DNA of 63,784 nt, the filler included, from Octopus bimaculoides (lineage: Eukaryota): the NCBI RefSeq assembly GCF_001194135.2. It is 5 parts of 5 records of this genome, joined end to end, with 100 filler letters (N's around TTAATTAATTAA, not from the genome) between each part and the next. Parts side by side here need not be neighbours in the genome. Positions count along the whole stretch, not along the records: positions 1 to 28,983 come from NC_068986.1; 4 more parts are not named here. The stretch is one strand, 5' to 3'. This document shows positions 1 to 12,467 of the stretch, one piece after another. A program made the translations under genes and the position numbers. Every line of letters starts with the position of its first letter. Within the stretch, counting starts at the first letter, position 1. The notes beneath the pieces were generated by a model. The model searched no databases. It saw nothing but the letters and a program-made list of their open reading frames with translations, and had not been told where the DNA came from.

Positions 1-157
1 CAAACACGGAAGCACGAAATTACGAAACGAACTTCTTAAGCACTTGGCTATATATTGACTTTTTGTTCTGTACTTCTTTATATATAATTTATAGATACTT
101 TATCAATGTATGAAATATGCATGTAGAAATGTATCTAATTGTGTGTGTGTGTGTGTG

Positions 158-207
<50 letters not shown>

Positions 208-241
208 TTTGTGTGTGCGTGCGCGCGCGCGCGAGTGAGTA

Positions 242-1374
242 TACAGGGTACGAGAGGTATTTGAGAACATATTTGGTAATTTAAAAAGAACCCTTAATCT
301 TGTAAAAAAATAGACTTTAATACAAATTTGTGTAAATGTTCTCGATAAGCTTTCTCATAAGATTACTCTGTGAATCCGTTTTCATCTTTGATGACTGTTT
401 CAGGGCGATACCAAGGTCGTTAATATGCCTGCACTAAATCGTCTTTAACTTTGGACATCACCTGGACAATGGTGGCTTTTAGTGAAGGTATAGTATTATA
501 AGCATATCAACAACGTTCCAAACGTAGAAGTCCAATGGACTTAAATCTGACGAATTTAGACGCCACAATTTCAGTGTCACATGATCATAAACGTTCTTCT
601 TGCGTTCCATCAGCTCTGTGAGAAATTGCTGAGTATTGTTGAAACGCCAAAGGCCTTCGTACTTCACGCATCTACTGTTTCCAGCACCTCAATATATCCC
701 GCAGCAATAATTCTAAAATCCTGTGAAAAAATGCGAGGTGGCATGACGTGACTTTCGTTACTCATCAATCCTAAAACAAAATCACATTTGCTGGAAACAC
801 CGTTTGCATCATTCTGAGGAAGTCAAAAAGATCTACTCGGAGCCATTTGTCATTTCTCCTATTAGATTTCTGCTGTCGCTGGAAGTGATTTTCTCATCAG
901 AGAAGAACCAAAGCATGCAATGTTCGTGAGGATTTTTAACATTGTTAAGAAACCGCTGTGCATGGGTCAAATAGTTTTCATGAGGCTCTGCAGACATGAA
1001 TTGGCCTCTCTTCAGTACATACAATTTGTATCGAAAGTCATCGTACACCAGAGTTCGGATAGTCCCCTTCAGCACCTGAATTTCCTTGGCGATATTCCAC
1101 ATTGCTTTCCTGGTATCCTCATTGATAATGCTTCGAAACCGTGAGATGAACGGCAGTCCTCTTAATAGTCTGCAAGCTATTAGAATGGTTTTCCCCCTTT
1201 GATACTCCCGATTCCAACCAAACTTTGAGTAAAAAGATCTTGCAACGTTAAGAAAATCGTCGTGTTCTGCAACAATGACTGCATGTTTTTTTCATTTCTT
1301 ATATTTCATGAAACCCTTTTCAATAGACTGAAGAGAGCAGTATATTGATAATTAAGTATCCTCTAGTACCCGTA
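242..1374 (-). mobile_element. Degenerate Tc1/mariner (DD37D/maT-like) transposon
   Basis: Minus-strand fragments WFFSDEK and NSSDLSPLDFYVW (WPPNSPDLNPLDY motif). Imperfect TIRs TACAGGGTACGAGAGG (242) and its reverse complement at 1354-1374. Frameshifted. Confidence 0.85.
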
Positions 1375-1416
1375 CATAGCTATTATTCGTTTATTTTCTA
1401 GTAATATAACTATGAG

Positions 1417-1482
<66 letters not shown>

Positions 1483-3329
1483 ATTTCTGGTTATGCTATA
1501 AATCTGGCCAGAAAGTTACCGTCGGTTTCGCGTCAAATATTGTGAAAATATTCGACAGATCAGTATATGCTACAATCAGTAATACTGTGTTCGATGATAT
1601 TAAACTACTAGATAACTAACTGACAATATATATGCGTGTGTATGTGTGTACGCATGTGTTTGTTCATATATATATGGTGATTGGTCGGTTGATCGGTTGT
1701 TCTCTCCTGTCATACCTTACCTCGTATAGAGAAAGGAGAAGAGAAAGTAAAAGAAAAATAAATTGAGAGTAAACAAGAATTGCTTGATGAGTACACATAC
1801 TAGGCTTGGTGACAGACGATGTGTAAATAAACAATACATACATATACCAACACAATCACATATAGTGAGAAATAATGATAGAGACAGAGGAGGAGGAGGA
1901 GGAGGAGGAGGAGNNNNNNNNNNNNNNNNNNNNNNNNNNNNNNNNNNNNNNNNNNNNNNNNNNNNNNNNNNNNNNNNNNNNNNNNNNNNNNNNNNNNNNN
2001 NNNNNNNNNNNNNNNNNNNNNNNNNNNNNNNNNNNNNNNNNNNNNNNNNNNNNNNNNNNNNNNNNNNNNNNNNNNNNNNNNNNNNNNNNNNNNNNNNNNN
2101 NNNNNNNNNNNNNNNNNNNNNNNNNNNNNNNNNNNNNNNNNNNNNNNNNNNNNNNNNNNNNNNNNNNNNNNNNNNNNNNNNNNNNNNNNNNNNNNNNNNN
2201 NNNNNNNNNNNNNNNNNNNNNNNNNNNNNNNNNNNNNNNNNNNNNNNNNNNNNNNNNNNNNNNNNNNNNNNNNNNNNNNNNNNNNNNNNNNNNNNNNNNN
2301 NNNNNNNNNNNNNNNNNNNNNNNNNNNNNNNNNNNNNNNNNNNNNNNNNNNNNNNNNNNNNNNNNNNNNNNNNNNNNNNNNNNNNNNNNNNNNNNNNNNN
2401 NNNNNNNNNNNNNNNNNNNNNNNNNNNNNNNNNNNNNNNNNNNNNNNNNNNNNNNNNNNNNNNNNNNNNNNNNNNNNNNNNNNNNNNNNNNNNNNNNNNN
2501 NTATATATGTATATATATAGATATGTGAATGTAAGTATGTGTATGTATACATATATTTATGCAAATATATGCCTTGCAAGTATTTAACAACGTTACCATT
2601 TCTCAGGGATGTAACCAGTGACCTACTAATTACTCACACAGACACATGCACATTATGTATGTATGTATGTATGTATGTATGTATGTTTGTATGTATGTAT
2701 GTATGTACACCTCTCTATGTAGCAATGAAGATAGGTAGGTGTGTTGCTATCTTGAGAAACAAACCGTAGAAGACAGAGAACAAGTGTTTGTGTCAGATAG
2801 AGGTCAGAGAGAGAAGGAGAAAGAGAGTGAGTGAGTGAGTGAGTGAGTGAGTGAGTGAGTGAGCGGGTGAGCGAGCGAGTGAGTGAGTGAGTGAGTGAGT
2901 GAGTGAGTGAGTGAGTGAAAAACAGACAAACAGGCAGACGGAGAGAAGAGGTAGTATTGAACACAACGTTGCAATATATGATATATATATATATGCTATA
3001 GACATTACAGCATTGTGTATGTGTGCGTATAAATACATATATACGCTTGTGTATGAATGGTGAGTGACCTTGATCAATTTGAAGTGATAACTTCTCTCAC
3101 TTGCATATTATTTTCATATGCCATGACCATAAGTGTTGGCGTCAGTGAACACCGAGACTCTTTTCTCTTTGCCCGAATGACAATGGTGTCCAAAGTATGA
3201 CTGTAACATAAAACATGATAAAATGACTTTTGCAGGTAGCGCTATTTAGCCTCATCAAATTCTGACCGAAGCTTATCTAAGAATCTCTATATATAATTGG
3301 TTAGGCCATCGAGTAGCTTCTTTCTCCCT

Positions 3330-3960
3330 CTTTTTTGACTTCTTGCCTATTTCAACCTATTAACTTCTTTTTAAGGTCGTTCCATTAAATTTCAATGCTG
3401 CAAATTAGTGTTACTTTCTACAAAATTGTCATAATTTTACAGTCATTATTCAATGTACTAATATTTGTAGGTCTTCTTCTGATGTTGCTATGAGGACTGT
3501 GTTGTTTGCATGACGGACATTATTAATGTTTTGTCCTTCTGTCTGTATATGTGGTGGATTTTTAATAGGTCGCATGTTTATTTCACTATATAATGAAAAC
3601 AGTCTTGGTTACTTCCCTGTTAGTATCCTTCTCTTGATCTTCTCATATTGTTTGGAACCAATATATATTTCAGTTTCTTCTTGAATTCCTTCCATCTAGA
3701 TTCCATATTCCAACATTTTAATGATTTCTTCATAACTTATTCAATCAAATTCTTCTGTGGAATTGATGAGACATAGATAAAAAGACTTGTTGAAATTTCA
3801 TTACTTTTTCAATGATGTTTCTTACGATGTACACAGCAAAAGCTACTCTTTTAGCGCCACTAGATCCAAATTGTGTTTCTCATGTCTCAGGCTTGATTCT
3901 GAGGTTGAACTGGTCAATTCCTAAATCTTCCGGTACCACAATCATTTCTGTAATTAATTA
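3330..3960 (-). mobile_element. Degenerate RTE-clade LINE reverse transcriptase fragment
   Basis: Minus strand 3540-3450 reads GQNINNVRHANNTVLIATSEEDLQIL, a decayed INNLRYADDTVLIA motif. Boundaries approximate. Confidence 0.65.
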
Positions 3961-4334
3961 ATAATCATTAATAAATAATTGATAATCATTAATTAATAAT
4001 TAATGTTCATAATGCAGTGTTGTTTAGAACCAAGTAAGCCTTGGATAGACTTGTGATCAGAGATGTTCTAAATACAATGATCTCATCTTGTTCCCGAACA
4101 TACTCCATACTTTAGATTGTTTTACAAAGATTCCTAATGTGGAAAGGTAGAGTATGATTTGGAGAAGAACATTTTGGTCGTTATTTCTAAAAGATAACAT
4201 TAATGCACAAATATTTCAGACACGACGAATCTGAAAGCATAGAACAGCACAGAACTGTCTTGACAGAAAAAATGCCAAAAAGACAGGTCGGTTCCTCACC
4301 AATATTTTATAAATTCTTAAATATATCTCCTTCT

Positions 4335-4369
<35 letters not shown>

Positions 4370-4439
4370 ACCAAACAAACATGATTTTTATTGAACTCCT
4401 AATACTTTTTGTTCATATATATATTGTTGTATTTGATGA

Positions 4440-4705
4440 TGGCCATGTTGCCAGTTTAGCCAATAAAAATACACGCACTGTATATTTGGTGTTCACTTGC
4501 TTCAGCTTTATTTTATATTAATTGTATTTCGGCCAGAGTTCTTTTGTCACACTTCTGTGACTTCATCAGTGGTCCTTTGGTTTCTTCTTTCTTTCTTTTT
4601 TTTTTTTGTATGTCTTTCCTTACTAATAATCAGCCGAAATACAATTAATATAAAATAAACCTGAAGCAATTGTGTTTTCATTGGCTAAACTGGCAACATA
4701 ACCAT
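4440..4705. mobile_element. Penelope-like pseudo-LTR inverted pair with a hammerhead-like motif
   Basis: 4440-4534 and 4632-4705 are imperfect inverted copies. Minus strand CTGATGA (4569-4563) is followed by a gtcac/gtgac stem, then AAAA. Confidence 0.5.
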
Positions 4706-4769
4706 CCCCAAATACAACATTTGTTTCAACACACGAATTCACATCAAGAATCTTGCAAAACGAATATAT

Positions 4770-4823
<54 letters not shown>

Positions 4824-5174
4824 TCCAATAATCATTAAAAAGGACAAGTACAAACTTCGACAAATACAATGCAATATTTGTTAAACTTAGTTCTTGTGTT
4901 GTCCTTTTTTAATGATTAACGCTTGAATGGAAAGAGATATCATCTCGACCATTAAGGGCGTAAGCCTTTCATCTGAAGAAAGAGAGAGAAAGAGAGAAAT
5001 AGTCAATAATAAAACATATGAATGATAACAAACCAGATGGGAATGCTGACCTACGGTGTGTTGAGAAGAGAGGAAAAGGCGGGTGTATAAATACAAATAT
5101 AAGAGTGTATCTGTATCTGGAAGTGGACATGACAGTAGGTGAGATCGAGTGCGAGTGTGGGGAAAAAAGATATT

Positions 5175-5388
5175 CCTTTCTACTCTAGGCACAAGGCCCG
5201 AAATTTTGAGGGAGGGGCCAGTCGATTAGATCGTCCCCAGTTCGCAACTGATACTTAATTTATCGACTCCGAAAGGATGAAAGGCAAAGTCGATCTCGGT
5301 AGAATTTGAACTCAGAACGTAAAGACAAACGAAATACCGCTTAGCATTTCACCCGGCGTGCTAACATTTCTGCCAGCTCGCCGCCTTG
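5175..5388 (-). mobile_element. tRNA-derived SINE (family with core gcctttcatcctttcggggtcgataaa)
   Basis: Head ggcggcgagctggcagaa, B-box-like gagttcaaatt and conserved core; matches other copies in the window. Confidence 0.85.
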
Positions 5389-6175
5389 AGGAAAAAGAGA
5401 TTGATAAAGCACATGAGCCGGCAAGGGCAAAATGGAAGATGTTATTGGAGTGGTGCAAGTATATGACAAAAGTAGGTAGGGGTGGGGGTAAACGTTTTCG
5501 ACAAAGAAGTAAGTTTTAAACTAAAATTCGAAAAGGACGGGACACGCATGAATTGTGTAAAGTAAAAACAGAAAAGTAAAAATCACACAACAGTGGTAAA
5601 ATGTCAGGAAAGTCTAGTTGAGTATCCAGAAGGTGATAAGAAACGGTAAAATCAACGAATAACTGTAATGAAGATAAAAGGTTAGACGTAACGCAAGTGG
5701 TGTGTATGTATGTGTCTCTTCTATTTTTTAATTATTATAAATCTTCCAACAAAGATACGAGGCTCCATCTTTTGGATGTGGTTGATACAGGCAAATTCAT
5801 ATTTGGAACTTGATAAAAGTCTTTGCATATTTTTACTGTCCCACTCACAGATTGCACTTGTAATGTACGGACTGACCGGTCGATTTCTCCTTCTGAAAAT
5901 CCCAATTTATCCAGATTCTTCTTTAAGCATTTACTAACAAAGTTTAATGCTCCAATTATTATTGGTATGAATATGAATTCATACTACGTATACATATGTA
6001 TGCATGCTTGCATGTATATATGTATGGATGGATAGATAGACAGGTAGATAAATAGATAGATAGACAGGTAGATAAATAGATAGATAGACAGGTAGATAAA
6101 TAGATAGATAGACAGGTAGATAAATAGATAAGATAGACAGGTAGATAAATAGATAAGATAGATATTGATGCGTGT

Positions 6176-6235
<60 letters not shown>

Positions 6236-6542
6236 ACACACACGTACATATTCTTCGAAATGCAGTATTTAAAGCTTCAGCTTACAGCATCTCGTTATAT
6301 AGGCCCAAGTTCCCAATCTCCGTCTAGTCCAACAGCAATTCAGAGTTGCGGAACGTCCGAGATAGAGAGAGATACATAAAACTCTGAGTAACTCATTACT
6401 CCAAACAGGAGCTACATATCACTCTTAATTATTAAATATTTATCCCGACACTACTGAGTTTCTTTTACTTTGTTCGCAGTCTTTGCCATGCGCTACATTT
6501 GCAAGCACACTACGATACCCACTAATAGATAGACAGACAGAT

Positions 6543-6603
<61 letters not shown>

Positions 6604-7643
6604 CATATATGTGTGTTTGTGTATGGATTATATATACATATACATATTTACACAGCTATATAACCGTACATGCGCATTTATATATTCGAATGTTTATATG
6701 TGTGTATGTATATTTATATGTGTGCATATGTATGTGTATGCATGTATGTATGTAGGCAGGTAGGTAGGCAGGTAGGTAGGCAGGTAGGTAGGTAGGTAGG
6801 TAGGTAGGTAGGCAGGTAGGTAGGTAGGTAGGTAGGTAGGTAGGNNNNNNNNNNNNNNNNNNNNNNNNNNNNNNNNNNNNNNNNNNNNNNNNNNNNNNNN
6901 NNNNNNNNNNNNNNNNNNNNNNNNNNNNNNNNNNNNNNNNNNNNNNNNNNNNNNNNNNNNNNNNNNNNNNNNNNNNNNNNNNNNNNNNNNNNNNNNNNNN
7001 NNNNNNNNNNNNNNNNNNNNNNNNNNNNNNNNNNNNNNNNNNNNNNNNNNNNNNNNNNNNNNNNNNNNNNNNNNNNNNNNNNNNNNNNNNNNNNNNNNNN
7101 NNNNNNNNNNNNNNNNNNNNNNNNNNNNNNNNNNNNNNNGTGCGTGCGTGCGTGCGTGCGTGTGGAAGAGAGTGAGTGAGTGTCCAGCTCCAGTAGCGAA
7201 GTAACACTGGAGTGCATAGAATAAACCAACATAAATAGTTAGCTGGACGAGGTGAGAAGTACCGAGTAGAAGAGAAAGAGAGAGGGGGAGAGAGAGAGGG
7301 AGAAATATAATTTACAACGATGTAAATCTCTTTGGTTAAAAGCATTATCCCTTTTCAAGCCTCCCATTACCCCCACCGCTCTCTCTCTCTCTCTCTCTTT
7401 CCCTCTCTCGCTCGTTCTCTACCTGTCTTGTCGCTTCTAGTTTCATCTCTTATCTTTATCGTTGCTAATTTTGTTCCAGCAACTGAAGGCTATCTTCCTC
7501 GTTGCTAACTCGACCTACCTACTTTCTAACCAACCTACCTACATACATACCTATCTACCTATTTAGTAACCTATCTACCAACCTAACAACCTACCTATCT
7601 ACCTACATAGCTATCTATCTATCTATCTATCTATCTATCAGTA

Positions 7644-7689
<46 letters not shown>

Positions 7690-8022
7690 CCTGTCTGTCT
7701 GTCTGCCNNNNNNNNNNNNNNNNNNNNNNNNNNNNNNNNNNNNNNNNNNNNNNNNNNNNNNNNNNNNNNNNNNNNNNNNNNNNNNNNNNNNNNNNNNNNN
7801 NNNNNNNNNNNNNNNNNNNNNNNNNNNNNNNNNNNNNNNNNNNNNNNNNNNNNNNNNNNNNNNNNNNNNNNNNNNNNNNNNNNNNNNNNNNNNNNNNNNN
7901 NNNNNNNNNNNNNNNNNNNNNNNNNNNNNNNNNNNNNNNNNNNNNNNNNNNNNNNNNNNNNNNNNATAGATAGATAGATAGATAGATAGATAGATGGATA
8001 GACAGACAGACAGGTAGGCAGG

Positions 8023-8103
<81 letters not shown>

Positions 8104-8249
8104 CCCCATCTCTACCTAACCACATCTTTCTACTTATCTACCTGTCTAGCCATATATTTTTTGTCTTTCATTTTGTCCTATCTAGCTTTCTATCTACTCT
8201 ACCTACCTATCTACCTACAAACGTACAAACCTACCTAACTAAATAATTA

Positions 8250-8305
<56 letters not shown>

Positions 8306-8821
8306 ACTAACTAACTCACTGACTGACTGACCGACTAACTGCTTACCCACTTTCCGACTTAACAACCTTTATTGAAGAATCTATATTTGTCCCATTCTTT
8401 AGCTCTCACCTACCCAAGTCTACATCTCACTCGATCCCTCCCATTCTCTCCCTTTTAATATATCCTTTCCTTCCCCCCCTCTCTCTCTCTCTAGTCACCA
8501 ACCAACCAACCAGCCAACCAGAGTAGGGATGTTTTAACACCATTACAGGTTCTCGAGCAAAACAAAAACAAACTGTGACCACAGTATCTAAAAACTAGCA
8601 TTAGGTCCTCTAGAGCCGACGGGACCCTAGTGTTACCCTGCATTAAAACGGCACTGAACAAGAGCACCTCTGCATAGTCAGGCGACCTGTTATTAAATAG
8701 TAGCCGAATTTATCAAATCACAACTACCTGCTTTTTTTTCTTCTTCTCTTGTTCTTCTTTTCAAGGTAATGATATTGGATAATGTTATCTTAAATACACT
8801 GTCATTATTTTATATCATTTG

Positions 8822-9020
8822 AAGGCTGCGAGCGAGCTGAATCGTCAGCATGTTGGGCCAAATGCTACATTCTGAGTTCAAATTCCGCTGAGGTCAACTT
8901 TGCCTTTCATCCTTTAGGGGGTCGATAAAATAAGTACCACTTGAGCACTGGGATCAATGTAATCGACTTAGCTCCCTTCCCAAACTTGCTGGCCCTGTGC
9001 CAAAATTTGAAACCATTATT
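8822..9020 (+). mobile_element. tRNA-derived SINE, same family
   Basis: gagttcaaattccgctgaggtcaactttgcctttcatcctttagggggtcgataaaataagtacc. Confidence 0.85.
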
Positions 9021-10091
9021 TTGTATCACTTTGTCAGGAACGAAAGCAGCCAGTAGGAAAGAAAGTGGGAGAAGAGAGAGAGAGGGAGGNNNNNNNNNNN
9101 NNNNNNNNNNNNNNNNNNNNNNNNNNNNNNNNNNNNNNNNNNNNNNNNNNNNNNNNNNNNNNNNNNNNNNNNNNNNNNNNNNNNNNNNNNNNNNNNNNNN
9201 NNNNNNNNNNNNNNNNNNNNNNNNNNNNNNNNNNNNNNNNNNNNNNNNNNNNNNNNNNNNNNNNNNNNNNNNNNNNNNNNNNNNNNNNNNNNTTCAATTA
9301 TTATGCATGAATCTGGAGACGAATTAGGTTTTCCCCACTCCCCGAAGGCCAGAGCGGGATTTGAACTCAAAACCCAAAGGCCCATGGCTTGATCGGCAGG
9401 ATTTGAATTCAGCATGCAAGTAGTAGAAATAAAAGCCGAACAGCATTTTGTCCGACTTTCTATTGCTCCAGTCAGTTCCACATCTACAAATTTGATAACC
9501 GAATGGATGATCTCCGATCGGACATCTCTGATCATAAATTTGCTGGATCAGGGTTGACCTGGAGCTCAATAATAATATTTCGATCACTGACCAAAACTTT
9601 TATATTTCTCTCTCTAAGCTTGAACTTCGTCCTTCATCGTTTTCTTTCCCGCTCTTTCCGCAACTTTCAGTATTCACTTTCATTTTCTCCTTTTTATACT
9701 TAAATATTCATTTTGAGAATTTGGTCAGTAGAAAGGAGTCGAGCTCAAAGTCTTTGCAAATCCTCCAGCACTGCTGACAGTGGTAGCGTTAACATTCCTC
9801 TTGAACATCTGCAAGCCAAAGACTGGAGAAACATGCAGTATTGAGAGGGAATTCCATCGGACAACGTTTAATATGAAATGGGAAGAAGGATTCACAACAT
9901 GGGCAGGAGAGACAAGTGAATAAAGAGGATCTAAGAGGAAATGGATTGACACCAGCCAGCTCTAAGAAACAGAGATCTCTGTAGCTGTAGTAGAAAGAGA
10001 GGGGACATACGATTAGTATCTGTTGTTGTATTCCTTCCTTCCTTGAACCCTTGGCCCCTAGTGGAGACGTAGGGACGGTGTTATAACTTAC

Positions 10092-10155
10092 AGTGTGTGT
10101 GGGCATGTGAACCAGGCGGGACCCATCCATCTCCAGCGCTAAACACAGCCGATTT
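10092..10155 (-). other. Candidate exon of a spliced minus-strand (antisense or divergent) transcript
   Basis: Long pyrimidine tract and gatAG acceptor (10157-56), 64-nt exon, donor gtaagt (10091-86). The following 107-nt intron 10091-9985 has branch TACTAAT (10018-12), a pyrimidine tract and tandem ctacAG acceptors (9985, 9979). Confidence 0.55.
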
Positions 10156-10226
10156 CTATCAGAGTAAAAGAGAGACAGAGAGAATGGCAGGAACAGAAAG
10201 CACAAAAATAGACCCCGGTACTACAC

Positions 10227-10340
10227 TAGATGAAGAATACACGTGTCTGTGAAATACTCAGTCACTTTGCACGCTAATTCAGTGAGCAAATCGTTCAATT
10301 AGTTGGTTGAAAAACAAAGTGATCATGGGGCGAAATCGAT
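10227..10340 (+). repeat. 114-bp dispersed repeat, inverted copy of 20773-20886
   Basis: Manual alignment to the reverse complement of 20773-20886 gives 113/114 identity. Confidence 0.9.
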
Positions 10341-10358
10341 GATGATGATGATGATGAC

Positions 10359-10403
<45 letters not shown>

Positions 10404-10522
10404 AAAGTTCATATCTTGTTTTTTTTTTTCATTTCATTTGACTTGGTAAAGAAGAAGAGGACAAGCCCACTTGATAATCGAGACCTGTGAGAGTTAATCA
10501 ATGATGACTTTTTTTTTAACAG

Positions 10523-10767
10523 TTGCAGACATCCATGGGCAGAAATGGAAATAGCAGAGGTAAACGACTGCGCCAGGTGATTAGTGCGTGGGGGTCGGGG
10601 TGAAGGTGATGAGTGTACAGACAAAACCGATGCCGAAAATCAGGAAGGAATACTAATGTGGACGTGGCAGTAGACCGACCAGCTCCGAAGAACACAGGCT
10701 GTTGTAGTATTGTTAAAAGAGGCAGAGGAGACAGCATGTCAATAAACCATAAATTGGACTGTGTTTG
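10523..10767 (+). other. Candidate upstream or alternative Musashi 5' exon
   Basis: Acceptor tgactttttttttaacAG (10521-22) and donor TG|gtgagt (10768). ATG at 10736 gives MSINHKLDCV plus 2 nt (phase 2). Confidence 0.45.
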
Positions 10768-11031
10768 GTGAGTGACTTCAAATAGTCCTGTTGGTGACAT
10801 AGTTGAGATGTACATCCTAGTAGAGGTAACAACCATTGAAATAATAATGCAGAGTACCTGTGACTGTACATGTTTGAACAAACACACTATACGCATATAT
10901 ATATATATATATATATATATANNNNNNNNNNNNNNNNNNNNNNNNNNNNNNNNNNNNNNNNNNNNNNNNNNNNNNNNNNNNNNNNNNNNNNNNNNNNNNN
11001 NNNNNNNNNNNNNATATAGTGTATATATATA

Positions 11032-11070
<39 letters not shown>

Positions 11071-11264
11071 TTATATCCACAAATATATACATATATAAAC
11101 ACACACGTACCTACACATGTTTAAGATGATGTGTATGTAGAGAAAGATGCAGATGCATTTGTGCCCCTTTCACTCACGCACGCACACACATACACATTCG
11201 CTCTCTCTCTCNNNNNNNNNNNNNNNNNNNNNNNNNNNNNNNNNNNNNNNNNNNNNNNNNNNNN

Positions 11265-11289
<25 letters not shown>

Positions 11290-11299
<10 letters not shown>

Positions 11300-11560
11300 G
11301 TAAGCCCAGCCGCCGCCGCCAACAGCCAAAACCGCAGTCACAGTTGTCAGTCTGCTGCTGCTGTTGAAGATTGTTTTCAGTGCGCTTTGAGAAAAATCGT
11401 TGGGCGTGGCGGCAGGTGCGCGTTTTTAGCCCGCTGATGACGTCAACATAAACTGACATCAGTTGCCATGACGACAAGCGTTTCCAACCAATGATTTCGC
11501 TGGGCATTGCTGTCAATCAAGACTCGTACATAGTGGGAGGAGGTGGCGGAGGAGGGAATG
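11290..11560 (+). promoter_or_regulatory. CpG-rich promoter, probably the main Musashi promoter and possibly bidirectional
   Basis: GC box GGGCGTGGC 11402-11410, perfect CRE TGACGTCA 11438-11445, X-box-like GTTGCCATGACGAC 11462-11475, CCAAT 11488-11492; locally high CpG in an AT-rich background. Confidence 0.7.
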
Positions 11561-11617
11561 AGGAGGCGAAGGATGAGGCAGACGGAAGGAAGCAAAGAGA
11601 AGCGGAGTGCGAACAAG

Positions 11618-11653
<36 letters not shown>

Positions 11654-12022
11654 AGCAGTTGGAAGGATGGCAGGTGTGTATGTGTATGTGCGGGTGGGTG
11701 GGTGGTTGCGAGAATGTAGGAGAAAAAGAGTAAGAAACAAATAGAGGGGAAGCGAAAGTGAGAGAGAGAGAGAGAGAGAGGGAGGAATGATGGGATAGAA
11801 AGGTAAGGAATTTGAGTGGTTGAATGAGAGAAGAGAAACGTATTTCCTTTGAATGATAGAGAGAGAGAGAGAGAGAAGTTGGTGTGTATGAATGTGTGCG
11901 CGCGCGCGTGTGTGTGTGCGCGAAAGGTAAAATTCGGTGAAAGTAAAGGATAGAGACTGAGATAAAGATGGTGAGAAAGGAAGAGAGAAGGAGATTGATT
12001 GAATAAATCAAATAGAAAGACC

Positions 12023-12078
12023 TGATGAAGAAGAAGAAGAAGAAGAAGAAGAAGAAGAAGAAGAAGAAGAAGAAGAAG
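12023..12078. repeat. (GAA)n tract in the purine-rich Musashi 5' region
   Basis: Read directly; embedded in about 900 bp of A/G-skewed sequence (11520-12400). Confidence 0.95.
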
Positions 12079-12365
12079 ACGAAAAAGGAAAGAGTGAGTG
12101 AGTGAGAGATAGAGAGAGGGGGAGAGAGAGAGAGATGTTGTAAGGTAAAATAGCAACAGAGAAATTGAGATAAAGAAGAGAAAGAAAAGCAGTAATAAGA
12201 CAAGAGGAGAGGGAGGAGAGATGCCGAGAAAAGGTGAAAAGGAAGACAGAAGGAGAGAGATAGAGAGAAAGATCGATATATATATATAGATATATAGTTG
12301 GCTAGGTAAATAGAAGGAGAGCTGGAGAGAGATAGAGAGACAAATGAGGAGAGAGATAGAGGCAC

Positions 12366-12406
<41 letters not shown>

Positions 12407-12467
12407 ATCTGTGTTGGCTGTCAGTGTGTGTGTGTGTGCGTGATAGTCAGGGAAGATAGAGCAGAAG

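Noticed and set aside
8735-8771. Plus-strand pyrimidine tract ending in CAAG|GTAATG as a recursive splice site
   Set aside because: The -3 base is A, it lies inside a degenerate repeat, and it is upstream of any supported Musashi exon.
10535-10767. ATG frame with three in-frame TGA codons running into the alternative exon (selenoprotein or readthrough idea)
   Set aside because: The TGAs come from a ggtgaaggtgatga run; there is no SECIS evidence or selenoprotein homology.
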